Virus record (IMG/VR): IMGVR_UViG_3300029319_000003
Location: 120,188 to 184,187 of that record
Source: a virus
Strand: one strand, 5' to 3'
DNA length: 64,000 nucleotides
Both the position numbers and the translations under genes were made by a program. Positions 47,009 through 55,361 of this stretch are shown here, piece after piece; the first letter of the stretch is position 1, and every line of letters begins with the position of its first letter. Below the pieces are notes generated by a model. The model searched no databases. It had not been told where the DNA came from and saw only the letters and a list, made by a program, of their open reading frames with translations.

Positions 47009-47625
47009 TTGTCCTGCTCTCCTTCTTTGTTAGGATCTTGTTTTCCCTGCGATGCAACTTGTTTTGCAAATTTAATTAAAATGTTTTTCACAGCGGTTGG
47101 CTTGATACTCGGGTGTTGTGCCGCCAAATTAACAAACTCTTTAAAGAGTCCTTCGAATTCATCGGCGTTACTAATCTTCTTAAACAGGGGTGCCATCTGT
47201 GAAGATTCAAGTTTATCGACTGCTTTCTGAACGTCTTTGCCACCCTGCTGCTTTTCTTCCCCGCCTTCAGCGGCTTCTTCTGCTTCATTAAAAGATGAAT
47301 ACCCGCTGGGCATTTCCATGTGCAAGCCAATATATCTGTCTGCTGCTTCTTGTGGGGAGCGACCTTGACCTATAAAGTGGTCCATCATCATCTGAAAGTC
47401 CTCACCAATCTCTACTGCGTCTGGGTCTGCTTTAATCAGCGATATAACTTGTTGGTAAAATTGATCACCACCTTCGACCTCTTTAATTGTCTTAGAAATC
47501 AAATCAGCAATAAAGGCATTCGAAATCTGATTGTCGGTGGGTTGTGTTGTCTGCAACTGCTTCGCCACCATTTCTCTCAGCAGTTTACTAGTAAGTTTGT
47601 TCTTACTTGGCTTTTTTAATTTCAT
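47005..47625 (-). CDS. Putative internal head protein
   Basis: KLTSKLLREMVAKQLQ leader; acidic. Confidence 0.6.
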   Translation of the reverse strand: MKLKKPSKNKLTSKLLREMVAKQLQTTQPTDNQISNAFIADLISKTIKEVEGGDQFYQQVISLIKADPDAVEIGEDFQMMMDHFIGQGRSPQEAADRYIGLHMEMPSGYSSFNEAEEAAEGGEEKQQGGKDVQKAVDKLESSQMAPLFKKISNADEFEGLFKEFVNLAAQHPSIKPTAVKNILIKFAKQVASQGKQDPNKEGEQDK

Positions 47626-47667
47626 TACTATTCCCTCGTAAACTCAAACTGAGTTTTCTTTTTCCGG

Positions 47668-48399
47668 TCAGTCTTTTTCTTCTGCGAGGACTGTGAGCCA
47701 CTCTTCAAAGGTCTGATCTTCGTTTTGTTGACCGCCTTTCGCAGCCTTTTCTAACGCGAACACGCGACGGGTCAACCTAACAATCTGCTCGATGCCGCCA
47801 ATCTGCTTAAAAGCATTTTCAATTTGGAAAACCCTCTGGGTCAAATTTTGAATCTGCTTAGTATTTGCAGATCCTGCAACTTCTCCCTTGGCTCTCCCTT
47901 GTGACTTGACTCGTACTCCGGCGAATTCATCTTCTTCAAGCACTGAATAAACCATATCTAGATAACTCTGCCGCTCACTATAAGCACTCATTAGCGCATC
48001 GGCAGCGTCTTCCAGTCCTGACGCTTTCAGTGCGTCTCCCACTGCTCTAGCCTTCTGGGGGTATCCTCCAAGTGCATTGCCAAGTTTCTCAGCGTGCTTG
48101 ACTATCTCTGGGCTGGCTACATCGGTTGAACGGAATGGCGGCTTCAAAACTGCTGTAGCCGCATCGGACAACCCAACCTTTTCCAGAGCGCCTGCAATAC
48201 GTTGTGCCTGCGCGGGATTCAATTCGGCACTGAGCGGCTTGATAATCTGGGCAATCTGATCAGACGTGGCTACATCCTCTCTCAGTTTACGAACTTTATT
48301 AATCTCATTAATAATGAGCGCTCGCACACGCTGCTCGCCTTTAATTTTATCAACCTCCTCAGAGATGATTTGATTTAGTTTATCTGCCGTAATCTTCAT
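47668..48399 (-). CDS. Putative internal head protein with internal duplication
   Basis: MKITADKLNQIISEE leader; AQRIAGALEKVGLSDAA / ARAVGDALKASGLEDAA repeat. Confidence 0.65.
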   Translation of the reverse strand: MKITADKLNQIISEEVDKIKGEQRVRALIINEINKVRKLREDVATSDQIAQIIKPLSAELNPAQAQRIAGALEKVGLSDAATAVLKPPFRSTDVASPEIVKHAEKLGNALGGYPQKARAVGDALKASGLEDAADALMSAYSERQSYLDMVYSVLEEDEFAGVRVKSQGRAKGEVAGSANTKQIQNLTQRVFQIENAFKQIGGIEQIVRLTRRVFALEKAAKGGQQNEDQTFEEWLTVLAEEKD

Positions 48400-48400
48400 T

Positions 48401-48664
48401 TTAAATTCCAGCCTGTGGTGCCGGCTCGACGCCCTGCATTTGTGCGAGGAGATCGGTAATCATGTTATCAATCATTTCAAGACGCTCAGACACCGCCGGG
48501 TCAGCAACCATGCCGCCAACACGGACGATTTCATCGCCAATTTTTTCAATCTGAGTGATCATTCTGGAGTGATCATCGCCTTCAGCGATTGCATCTCGCT
48601 CACTAAGCACTGCTTGGTATTCCTGCTTAATGAATTGCTTTAACTGCTCTTGTGTGATTTTCAT
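48401..48664 (-). CDS. Small putative internal head protein
   Basis: MKITQEQLKQFIKQEYQAVLSE leader. Confidence 0.7.
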   Translation of the reverse strand: MKITQEQLKQFIKQEYQAVLSERDAIAEGDDHSRMITQIEKIGDEIVRVGGMVADPAVSERLEMIDNMITDLLAQMQGVEPAPQAGI

Positions 48665-48672
48665 TTTTATAT

Positions 48673-48858
48673 TTACTCCTTTCGTTCGTGAATGACAACC
48701 ATAATTTCTGCGCGAAGTTGCTTGAGTGCCTTCATTTGTTCAACAGCGACCTTACGCAGCCGCTTACCAGCCGATGCGTTTCCACGATCAAACTTATCTG
48801 CGTCTGCCATTGCTTCTTCAAGCGCAGCAAGGATTTCTTCTAATTGTTCTCTAATCAT
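48673..48858 (-). CDS. Histone H1-like Hc1-family small protein
   Basis: ADADKFDRGNASAGKRLRK...KQLRAEI. Confidence 0.75.
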   Translation of the reverse strand: MIREQLEEILAALEEAMADADKFDRGNASAGKRLRKVAVEQMKALKQLRAEIMVVIHERKE

Positions 48859-49187
48859 TTTTTATTCCTCCGTTGGGGCGAATTGTTTTCTTGCATTGGT
48901 GGTCCACCACAACCACCGCCGCCATATTTATCGAACACCGCAGAAAGTTCATGATAATGCTTTCCAGCCGGTGTGTCGGGGTTTCTTTCAGTCCAAGCAT
49001 CGAGAATTGCCTGAAGATCAGACAATAGTGAATCAACTTCCTCTTCGGCTGTTGCCTCTGGACCTGCGGCAATTGCTACCGCTGGACCATCTGGTATGGG
49101 GCTCGGCATAGGCATTCCCATGCCCATTTCATTAATTTGACTACGCACCAAATGCGTAAGGTACTCTTCTGTAATCTTCATCGGCAA
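48855..49187 (-). CDS. Small putative internal head protein
   Basis: MKITEEYLTHLVRSQINE leader. Confidence 0.7.
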   Translation of the reverse strand: MPMKITEEYLTHLVRSQINEMGMGMPMPSPIPDGPAVAIAAGPEATAEEEVDSLLSDLQAILDAWTERNPDTPAGKHYHELSAVFDKYGGGGCGGPPMQENNSPQRRNKK

Positions 49188-49250
49188 ACTCTCCGCTGTC
49201 CGTTTACTTCATTAAATAGTATGTTTATGGGCTTCTATCCTAAAAACACA

Positions 49251-49283
49251 CAAAGAAAAAGCCACCCCGTCAAGGGTGGCTTC
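49251..49283 (-). terminator. Intrinsic terminator
   Basis: AAGCCACCC-TTGAC-GGGGTGGCTT followed by TTTCTTT. Confidence 0.85.
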
Positions 49284-49305
49284 GTTGATAAATAGTTGGA
49301 ACTGA

Positions 49306-49497
49306 TTAATCGATACTGTAATCGATTATTGCAATGCCTCTTTCTGGCTTTTCTTCGTTTGAACCGGTAACCTCTTCCGTTCGCGGAGGCTCAGGGGGAG
49401 GCATATAAAGCGGCACTTGTGCGGTTGTTTCCTCTTCTTTTCTCTTTCTTTCCTCAATGCCGACAATAATGTCAAGCGGGATTTTCCTCCAGTTCAT
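49306..49497 (-). CDS. Hypothetical small protein
   Basis: IPLDIIVGIEERKR...QVPLYMPPP...RGIAIIDY; overlaps upstream gene. Confidence 0.7.
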   Translation of the reverse strand: MNWRKIPLDIIVGIEERKRKEEETTAQVPLYMPPPEPPRTEEVTGSNEEKPERGIAIIDYSID

Positions 49498-50128
49498 TTC
49501 TCAAGCCCTCCAAGTGCTCAATGGTTTCACCAACCAACGCGGCAACGTGGAGAATACCTCGACCACCATGTTCGTTGAACGGCTCAACCTTGGTTTCGAA
49601 ATCATCAATCAGTACGCGGGGGTTACCCTCCTCATCAGTAGCGTAATCATACTTGTTGTGGGCAAAGATAATGTTCTTTGGACCCTCATTAGTATCTAGT
49701 TCGCCAAGGTCATTAAGCCCAAGATTCTTTTCAATCCAACGAGCCTTTCCAGCCAACGACTCCGTGTGACCCCTCTTATCCATTGGCGAGGTTAGAATCA
49801 CCGGATTGTACTGTCGAATATGAGCCCAGAGTTCCTGACCACCGGGCATCCAAGGCAGGTTAGCCCACCAGTCTTCGTCTCTCTCAAGGAGACGGTACAT
49901 GAACTCTGTAAGTCGTGGGTTTCTATTCTTCTCACCGGTTGGCGTGAACTTGGCAAGATCACCCCTTGTGATGGGGTAGGCTACCTCGTTTAGAACCTCC
50001 GCAGCAAGAGCCACAAGATCTTCGGGCGGCTCCAATAGAGCCTCGTTGATGGTCACCACAGCAGCGGCTTCGAAATCACAAAGCACGCCGTCCATGTCAC
50101 AGCAGATTTGATAGGGAATATTAGTCAT
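49472..50128 (-). CDS. 5'(3')-deoxyribonucleotidase (NT5C, HAD fold)
   Basis: CCDMDGVLCDF, WWANLPWMPGG, LTSP, VLIDD...GGRGILH. Confidence 0.85.
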   Translation of the reverse strand: MTNIPYQICCDMDGVLCDFEAAAVVTINEALLEPPEDLVALAAEVLNEVAYPITRGDLAKFTPTGEKNRNPRLTEFMYRLLERDEDWWANLPWMPGGQELWAHIRQYNPVILTSPMDKRGHTESLAGKARWIEKNLGLNDLGELDTNEGPKNIIFAHNKYDYATDEEGNPRVLIDDFETKVEPFNEHGGRGILHVAALVGETIEHLEGLRNELEENPA

Positions 50129-50150
50129 ACCTCTCTCACCTCACATTAAT

Positions 50151-50179
50151 AATGTAACATATGTTGCAAGAAAAAGCAA
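50151..50179 (-). promoter_or_regulatory. sigma70-type promoter
   Basis: TTGCTT-17 bp-TACATT. Confidence 0.7.
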
Positions 50180-50202
50180 GCACTTTTTTAATTTTTTTTA
50201 AG

Positions 50203-50421
50203 TTATTTTTTGTTTTCCATCGTTGCCAACTGTACTAAATGGTGAGTGCTTGTCCAAGCAACATGCCCCTGCGGCTTAGACCAGTGAACCTTCACTTCGC
50301 TGTATGGCTTCGGAACGGATGCACCTGCACTTGCATGCGGCGATACATACTTTTCGATGACAATTCCCACACCGTAATCAGGAATGCCAGCAAGGTATCG
50401 AACCAGATCTCCTACTTGCAT
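50203..50421 (-). CDS. Small SH3/KOW-like beta-barrel protein (VGDLV family)
   Basis: MQVGDLVRY...GVGIVIE...VKVHW. Confidence 0.75.
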   Translation of the reverse strand: MQVGDLVRYLAGIPDYGVGIVIEKYVSPHASAGASVPKPYSEVKVHWSKPQGHVAWTSTHHLVQLATMENKK

Positions 50422-50660
50422 TAGCCGACCACCTCTCCGTAGCGTGCAAAGTTAGTGGCGCGGATAGTTTGGGTTACACCGCGTTGGAAGTGGATACGAA
50501 TAAGATAATCTGCACGATTAGCACGTTTACGAGCCTCGATAACAACTCCAGTGTCGTAGACCCATTCAAAGGCAAGTTCGCCACGGGCAGCGCGTTCTCG
50601 TCCGCGTTCGGGATGAACAACGGCGCGACGATAGCGAACAACATCTCCAACATTAACCAT
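50421..50660 (-). CDS. VGDLV-family small protein
   Basis: MVNVGDVVRY...TGVVIE...IRIHF. Confidence 0.75.
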   Translation of the reverse strand: MVNVGDVVRYRRAVVHPERGRERAARGELAFEWVYDTGVVIEARKRANRADYLIRIHFQRGVTQTIRATNFARYGEVVG

Positions 50661-50662
50661 GA

Positions 50663-50791
50663 TTAAAACCCTTCCACGCCGCAGCGGGCGTAACACTCAA
50701 GCAATGATTCGTACTCCACCAGCCACGCCCGACGGAGGATGATACCTCCCGGCTGGAGTTCAAGAGGAGTGATTTGAACGAACTTAGTCAT
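50663..50791 (-). CDS. 42-aa hypothetical protein (not in ORF track)
   Basis: MTKFVQITPLELQPGGIILRRAWLVEYESLLECYARCGVEGF; fills the gap between neighbours. Confidence 0.5.
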   Translation of the reverse strand: MTKFVQITPLELQPGGIILRRAWLVEYESLLECYARCGVEGF

Positions 50792-50806
50792 GATTAAAAA
50801 CCTTTC

Positions 50807-51013
50807 TTAAAACGGAATCGGATCTTCTACAATCTCAAAATCTTCGCCAACAAAGAGCCAAACATTTTCCTTTGCCGTCACACGAAGCGGAGCACCGCTT
50901 GCGATGATCTCTTCCTCACGAAGAGCGATGTAGAAGTAAGTCCCTCGCTGGATAGTGTGGATGCCGTCGGCAACTGGGGTCACAATATCTCGGATAGTAC
51001 GAATGCGTGTCAT
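50807..51013 (-). CDS. Hypothetical beta-rich protein
   Basis: MTRIRTIRDI...; AGAGAG RBS. Confidence 0.7.
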   Translation of the reverse strand: MTRIRTIRDIVTPVADGIHTIQRGTYFYIALREEEIIASGAPLRVTAKENVWLFVGEDFEIVEDPIPF

Positions 51014-51031
51014 ATCTAAAATCTCTCTTTC

Positions 51032-51268
51032 TTAACCAACAGTACCAACAACAACTGGAAGAACAACATAATCATCTGGATCAAGAGCAACAACACCAGC
51101 ATCAGGATCTGCTAAATCACAAGGAACAAAAAGAGCAGCACCACAAGCACCATCCGCTCCCCAACGATTAGCAGCAACATCATCATCAGTAACAACACGA
51201 AGTGCGCCCTCACCAATACGAACAACACCACCAAAATCAACATCACGAACAATACGAATAATTGCCAT
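51032..51268 (-). CDS. Hypothetical protein with extreme T-ending codon bias
   Basis: MAIIRIVRDVDF...; about 66 of 78 codons end in T by hand count. Confidence 0.7.
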   Translation of the reverse strand: MAIIRIVRDVDFGGVVRIGEGALRVVTDDDVAANRWGADGACGAALFVPCDLADPDAGVVALDPDDYVVLPVVVGTVG

Positions 51269-51314
51269 TTTCTTTTTCCACCGGGCGGGACACTATCGCC
51301 CCAACCACAAATAT

Positions 51315-51342
51315 ATTGTAGCAGGCGACCGGTGGAAGTCAA
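51315..51342 (-). promoter_or_regulatory. sigma70-type promoter
   Basis: TTGACT-16 bp-TACAAT. Confidence 0.7.
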
Positions 51343-51350
51343 GGAAGAAA

Positions 51351-51599
51351 TTAAGTTTTTTTCTTTTTTTCTCGATATAAATCACATAGTCGTCGGATGT
51401 TTTCGGGAGATCTCTTCAACAACTCTAGATCTCTTGCGGCGATTCGTTTTACTTCGCCACTGCCTTGCAGCACAACCGTAGCAATCTTTTCCCACGACTC
51501 ATATTTTAAAACGATAGCGACGGCATTCCAGCCCTTCTTGCCAGCATGCTCATCGTCCTCGTTGATGCACCAAACCCTTACCAGATCACCTTTTTCCAT
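51351..51599 (-). CDS. VGDLV-family small protein
   Basis: MEKGDLVRV...AIVLKY...DLELL. Confidence 0.75.
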   Translation of the reverse strand: MEKGDLVRVWCINEDDEHAGKKGWNAVAIVLKYESWEKIATVVLQGSGEVKRIAARDLELLKRSPENIRRLCDLYREKKKKT

Positions 51600-51825
51600 A
51601 TTCGACTGGAAGAGAAATAATTTTCAAATCAACAGCAGCGACGGACTCAATACATGGCACAGTGCTGATCACCTTAAACACTGGATGGTCCTGCCACAAC
51701 ACCTTGTATCGCTCGCCGCGCAACTCTTCTGGTGCGTCATAGTTGACATACGGCGCAGACACCACAATACCGATTCTTTCAATGTTGCGTGCGATGGCGG
51801 TCTTAACTAATGTGCCTTTCTCCAT
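51586..51825 (-). CDS. VGDLV-family small protein
   Basis: MEKGTLVKT...IGIVVS...YKVLWQ...DLKIIS. Confidence 0.75.
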   Translation of the reverse strand: MEKGTLVKTAIARNIERIGIVVSAPYVNYDAPEELRGERYKVLWQDHPVFKVISTVPCIESVAAVDLKIISLPVEYGKR

Positions 51826-52114
51826 TCTCTTCTTCCTTTTTGTTTTTATAAAACTTTGCCCTTCCACTTCGGAGGGCATCAAATATATTTTGCTCTATTT
51901 CGAACTGATCGTCTCCGCGTCCGTCCTTACCGCCACCTATCCAATAGATCTCCCAACACCAACAGACAGACGGCGAAAAGTCTGCCGACACTCTTACTTC
52001 GCCCGTTAGATTGAACCGACTCATGAGTATGCCAGCGCTGGGTGGTGTGTCATCTGTTGCTAAAACATGGATCAGATCCCCGGCTTTTAATTTTATATCC
52101 TCACCTTTTCCCAT
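51803..52114 (-). CDS. VGDLV-family small protein
   Basis: LKAGDLIHV...AGILMS...WEIYW. Confidence 0.7.
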   Translation of the reverse strand: MGKGEDIKLKAGDLIHVLATDDTPPSAGILMSRFNLTGEVRVSADFSPSVCWCWEIYWIGGGKDGRGDDQFEIEQNIFDALRSGRAKFYKNKKEEENGERHIS

Positions 52115-52135
52115 GAAGATAAATAGAACAAGTTT

Positions 52136-52717
52136 TCAGTACGCCCTATATGGATCTTCAAAAGTATAAAATTCGAAGCCGTCCACTTCGTCTTGAAGTT
52201 TCTCAAACACCTTTAGAGTACGCTCACAGTCTGCCAATGCAGTGTGTGCTTCGCCGGTCCATTGAACCTTAAAGTGTTCGCATAAATAATCCATACGGGT
52301 TTTCTGAAGTACGCCAGCCCACTTTAACTCATCTGCCATTGACTTTGTGTCAACGTAGGGTGGGTATTTAATTTCTTTTAACTTATTTCTTTCACACATT
52401 TCATGGATAAAGTTTAAATCGAATATCAGGTTCTGCCCAATAAGAAAGTCTGACTCTGTAATTGCTTTTTGAATTGTGGGGTATGCTTCTTGAAATGGAA
52501 TCGCCTCTGCCCACTTCTCTTCTGCGTATCCGTTGATCTCCAATGCCTTGGGAGAAGCCAAGTGAATGGCTTCTGGTTTGATTTTCTGATCGTACTTGCG
52601 AAGCACATATTCATTTCCATCGGCATCCACAATATAACTAATAAAAGCAATCTCAATAATCTCATGCTTTTTTCGATTAAGCCCTGTTGTTTCAGTATCG
52701 ATAACCGTAAATATCAT
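52136..52717 (-). CDS. DEDDh 3'-5' exonuclease (DnaQ-like)
   Basis: VIDTETTGL, IIEIAF, GQNLIFDLNF, AHTALADC. Confidence 0.92.
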   Translation of the reverse strand: MIFTVIDTETTGLNRKKHEIIEIAFISYIVDADGNEYVLRKYDQKIKPEAIHLASPKALEINGYAEEKWAEAIPFQEAYPTIQKAITESDFLIGQNLIFDLNFIHEMCERNKLKEIKYPPYVDTKSMADELKWAGVLQKTRMDYLCEHFKVQWTGEAHTALADCERTLKVFEKLQDEVDGFEFYTFEDPYRAY

Positions 52718-52765
52718 AATATACAGCCCCGCCGATGAAAGAGCGAGGCGTTCTCCTTTTAATTT

Positions 52766-53311
52766 TTATTCGTCAGCAGCCCAGTTGATATAGGACATAA
52801 GACATTGTGTCATTTGCGCGTCATACTTGGCGTCATCAACATACAAGCCCAGCCGAGCGGCTAGCCGCCGCCCACGCTTCCATGCTTCAATCTCCTCTGC
52901 AACCAGAGACACCCGATAAGCGGCAGAACGCTGGACGCGACCGTCGGTGGTCTGAGCGTACATTGGATGCTCTTGACTAAACTTTTCTGAGGTTCGATCA
53001 ACCAGCAAGTGACCACACTCATGAAGCAAGGTGTAGAATCTTGACTGTGCATGCTTGCGTGAGTTAAGATAAATCCTCTTCTTCTGGTAGATAATCGCGT
53101 CCTCAAGGTCGGTATACTCAATGACGGCGAACCCCTTTGTGGCGACCCAATCTTTAACCGCGTCGATTTGGTCTACCCAGTCCGCATTATCAAGAGGGCA
53201 AGTCAAGGCTTCTCCTTTGTTAGAGGCAACAACTCTTCCTACATTCATAATATAACATGCATACATCAGCGCGTCAACTGGTGTAATGTCAAAATTAATT
53301 TCGCCGGACAA
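52766..53311 (-). CDS. HExxH metallopeptidase-like protein (ImmA/IrrE-like)
   Basis: YTLLHECGHLL...EEIEAWKRG. Confidence 0.7.
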   Translation of the reverse strand: MSGEINFDITPVDALMYACYIMNVGRVVASNKGEALTCPLDNADWVDQIDAVKDWVATKGFAVIEYTDLEDAIIYQKKRIYLNSRKHAQSRFYTLLHECGHLLVDRTSEKFSQEHPMYAQTTDGRVQRSAAYRVSLVAEEIEAWKRGRRLAARLGLYVDDAKYDAQMTQCLMSYINWAADE

Positions 53312-53319
53312 TTTTTGAC

Positions 53320-53514
53320 CTACGACTTCAGTTTATTTTTTTGTTCAGGCGGGTAAACCATTTCCAAAGATTGCATGATCTTATCATAGGCTCCTTGATG
53401 AACCTTGATAGCGTCTTCGGTTGATGCGCTTCCGTGCATCCCTTGCCATATGTCTAACACTTCTTTACCGACTTTGGCTTCTTCAATTCTAAGAATAATT
53501 TCTTTTGCCGTCAT
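53320..53514 (-). CDS. Hypothetical protein
   Basis: 64 aa, AAGGAG RBS. Confidence 0.65.
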   Translation of the reverse strand: MTAKEIILRIEEAKVGKEVLDIWQGMHGSASTEDAIKVHQGAYDKIMQSLEMVYPPEQKNKLKS

Positions 53515-53533
53515 TTTTCTTCTCCTTAAAAAA

Positions 53534-53684
53534 AGGCTTAGGGAGGATCGCTCTCCTCGCTTGCGATCTTGCCAGTCATCCGTTAATTTTTAATCTGGTG
53601 CCTTTCTCTCAATTCCTTTTGCGCTCGGTTATGGGTTCGTTGATGACGATGAACCCCGCATATACCATGTGGCTCCCTAAGCCT
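53534..53684 (-). ncRNA. Unassigned structured RNA, copy B of a two-copy family
   Basis: 12-bp perfect terminal stem AGGCTTAGGGAG/CTCCCTAAGCCT then U-run; GGGTTC/GAACCC and GATCGC/GCGATC hairpins; loop GTCATC complementary to GATGAC; matches 26179-26310. Confidence 0.75.
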
Positions 53685-53877
53685 ATCGATATACAGATCT
53701 TTCTAAAACTTGTATATCATTATTTAAGTCGCCTATCTCGTCTCTAAGTAAATCATTTTCATTTTCTAACGATTCAATTCTTTTAAGCAGCAAGTCAATC
53801 TTAAGTCGTAAAACTTTAACAGAGTTTGTCTTGCGATAGTCAATAGCCTCAATGCTTTCGGGATCCATCTTTTGCAC
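53683..53877 (-). CDS. Small coiled-coil protein
   Basis: LKIDLLLKRIESLENENDLLRDEI heptads. Confidence 0.65.
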   Translation of the reverse strand: MQKMDPESIEAIDYRKTNSVKVLRLKIDLLLKRIESLENENDLLRDEIGDLNNDIQVLERSVYR

Positions 53878-53882
53878 CTACA

Positions 53883-54116
53883 CTAACTGGTGAATCCCGC
53901 CATACGCGCAGACTTCAGATCTTGTTCGGATGGCATAAACTCTTTGTTGATATGCCGACACGAAGCGCATCGAAAAATTGGAATTGGAATAACTCCACCC
54001 GGCATCCGCTTTACAATAAACACGGTGTCGAATGTGTTTGCATTACACTTTTCACAGACCACATCTTGTGCCCCGCTCAAATCCATTTTTGGCATCCCGC
54101 CCATTTGATTGTTCAT
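53883..54116 (-). CDS. Zinc-ribbon protein
   Basis: VCEKCNANTF...FRCASCRH. Confidence 0.8.
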   Translation of the reverse strand: MNNQMGGMPKMDLSGAQDVVCEKCNANTFDTVFIVKRMPGGVIPIPIFRCASCRHINKEFMPSEQDLKSARMAGFTS

Positions 54117-54136
54117 CTTTATCTCCTTGTGTAGAA

Positions 54137-54165
54137 AGTATATCTCTTATATTTGCGAGTGTTAA
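54137..54165 (-). promoter_or_regulatory. sigma70-type promoter
   Basis: TTAACA-17 bp-TATACT. Confidence 0.7.
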
Positions 54166-54392
54166 GAATTTTCTGAAACTACTCGCAACTCAGCCTCAAA
54201 AAATGTTTGTTTCTCTCCGTTGACAAAAACAAGATAGGCTACACCGTCACCTCTTTCAAGGTCCATATAGTAGTCCGAATCGCCGGGACTCGCAAACTCC
54301 ACCTTGTCAAGCACAATGCCAACTGCGTTGTTGAAGTTCTCCGTCTTGTCTAAGTGGCTGGTAATCTTTACTGCGCTGCCTATAGGAATCAT
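54162..54392 (-). CDS. VGDLV-family small protein
   Basis: IPIGSAVKI...VGIVLD...YLVFV...ELRVVS. Confidence 0.75.
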   Translation of the reverse strand: MIPIGSAVKITSHLDKTENFNNAVGIVLDKVEFASPGDSDYYMDLERGDGVAYLVFVNGEKQTFFEAELRVVSENS

Positions 54393-54796
54393 TCATCCCG
54401 CCTTTTAACCTCTTCGCTGAGAAGTTTGCCGCACTCTGGGCATTCGGCAGGTAGCCTGTTGACCATTCCCCACCTACAGTGTATGCATAGCCATCGATGA
54501 TCACTCTTTCCACTATTGAGGGTTACTACTTCCACCGGGTCAATATTTTCTTTACTCATATCTCTCGCTTTGCTAATAATTTCAAGGTTCTTGTCGCGGA
54601 GGTCACCCAAGCACCATTCGGCATTTTTGGGATTGTATATCACCACACAGTTTGAATCTTTTTGAGATACCTCAATCACTATTCCATATTCATAGATTGG
54701 GTCATAAGGGTACACCATGCCAACATCGTCGGCTGCAAAAGATTCATAATCTACAATCCATCTTACCAGATCACCACGCTTTATAGGGTCGCTCAC
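54389..54796 (-). CDS. VGDLV-family protein with C-terminal zinc ribbon
   Basis: IKRGDLVRW...YGIVIE...LEIIS, then CIHC...CPECG. Confidence 0.7.
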   Translation of the reverse strand: MSDPIKRGDLVRWIVDYESFAADDVGMVYPYDPIYEYGIVIEVSQKDSNCVVIYNPKNAEWCLGDLRDKNLEIISKARDMSKENIDPVEVVTLNSGKSDHRWLCIHCRWGMVNRLPAECPECGKLLSEEVKRRDE

Positions 54797-54816
54797 ATGT
54801 TTAAATATAAGCAGTA

Positions 54817-55077
54817 CTAAGTAGTCGCAACCTTTTTTATAATCTCAGAATCATAGACCCAAGTTTTATCACCCGGCTTTTTAAATGGGATCGACCATCG
54901 CTTTCTCAGTACATCAATCTCAGATTGATAAACCATTTCGGCACGCCAGCCTTTGTATCCGTCCCAAGAGCCGGTTGACTCTTGTATTCTCCGCTCAAGC
55001 AATCTGACGTGAAATTTAGGAATAGCCTTTCCAGTCATGCTTCTGATGAGAACTACATCGCCTTCTTTATATGTCAC
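54817..55077 (-). CDS. VGDLV-family small protein
   Basis: YKEGDVVLI. Confidence 0.7.
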   Translation of the reverse strand: MTYKEGDVVLIRSMTGKAIPKFHVRLLERRIQESTGSWDGYKGWRAEMVYQSEIDVLRKRWSIPFKKPGDKTWVYDSEIIKKVATT

Positions 55078-55361
55078 TAGAATGGACTCCCGTCGTTTAC
55101 ACGACCGTTGATAATAAAACCTGTCCCTTGTTCAATTGCATCCACCAATCGCACTGAGGAAACAGGGAGCAATGTTGTGAGGATGGTGCTCTCGTACCAC
55201 AATTTAAAATCTTCGAATGGAATCAGATAATCTAGATCGCCGGCGGTGGTATACAACACTACGTTACCCAGCCAGTTTCTGGAACTGCTGAGTGTACGAC
55301 TAGAGGCGAGATAGACAATTCTATCTCGCCACTCAAACAGGCTTTGCTGACGGCTCATCAC
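55077..55361 (-). CDS. Hypothetical protein
   Basis: 94-aa ORF coupled to neighbours. Confidence 0.55.
   Translation of the reverse strand: MMSRQQSLFEWRDRIVYLASSRTLSSSRNWLGNVVLYTTAGDLDYLIPFEDFKLWYESTILTTLLPVSSVRLVDAIEQGTGFIINGRVNDGSPF

Noticed and set aside
53534-53684. ZTP (pfl) riboswitch, suggested by GACTGGC...GGAGAGCG
   Set aside because: The 3' hairpin whose loop pairs with UGGC is missing, no one-carbon gene follows, and copy A is a stand-alone transcript.
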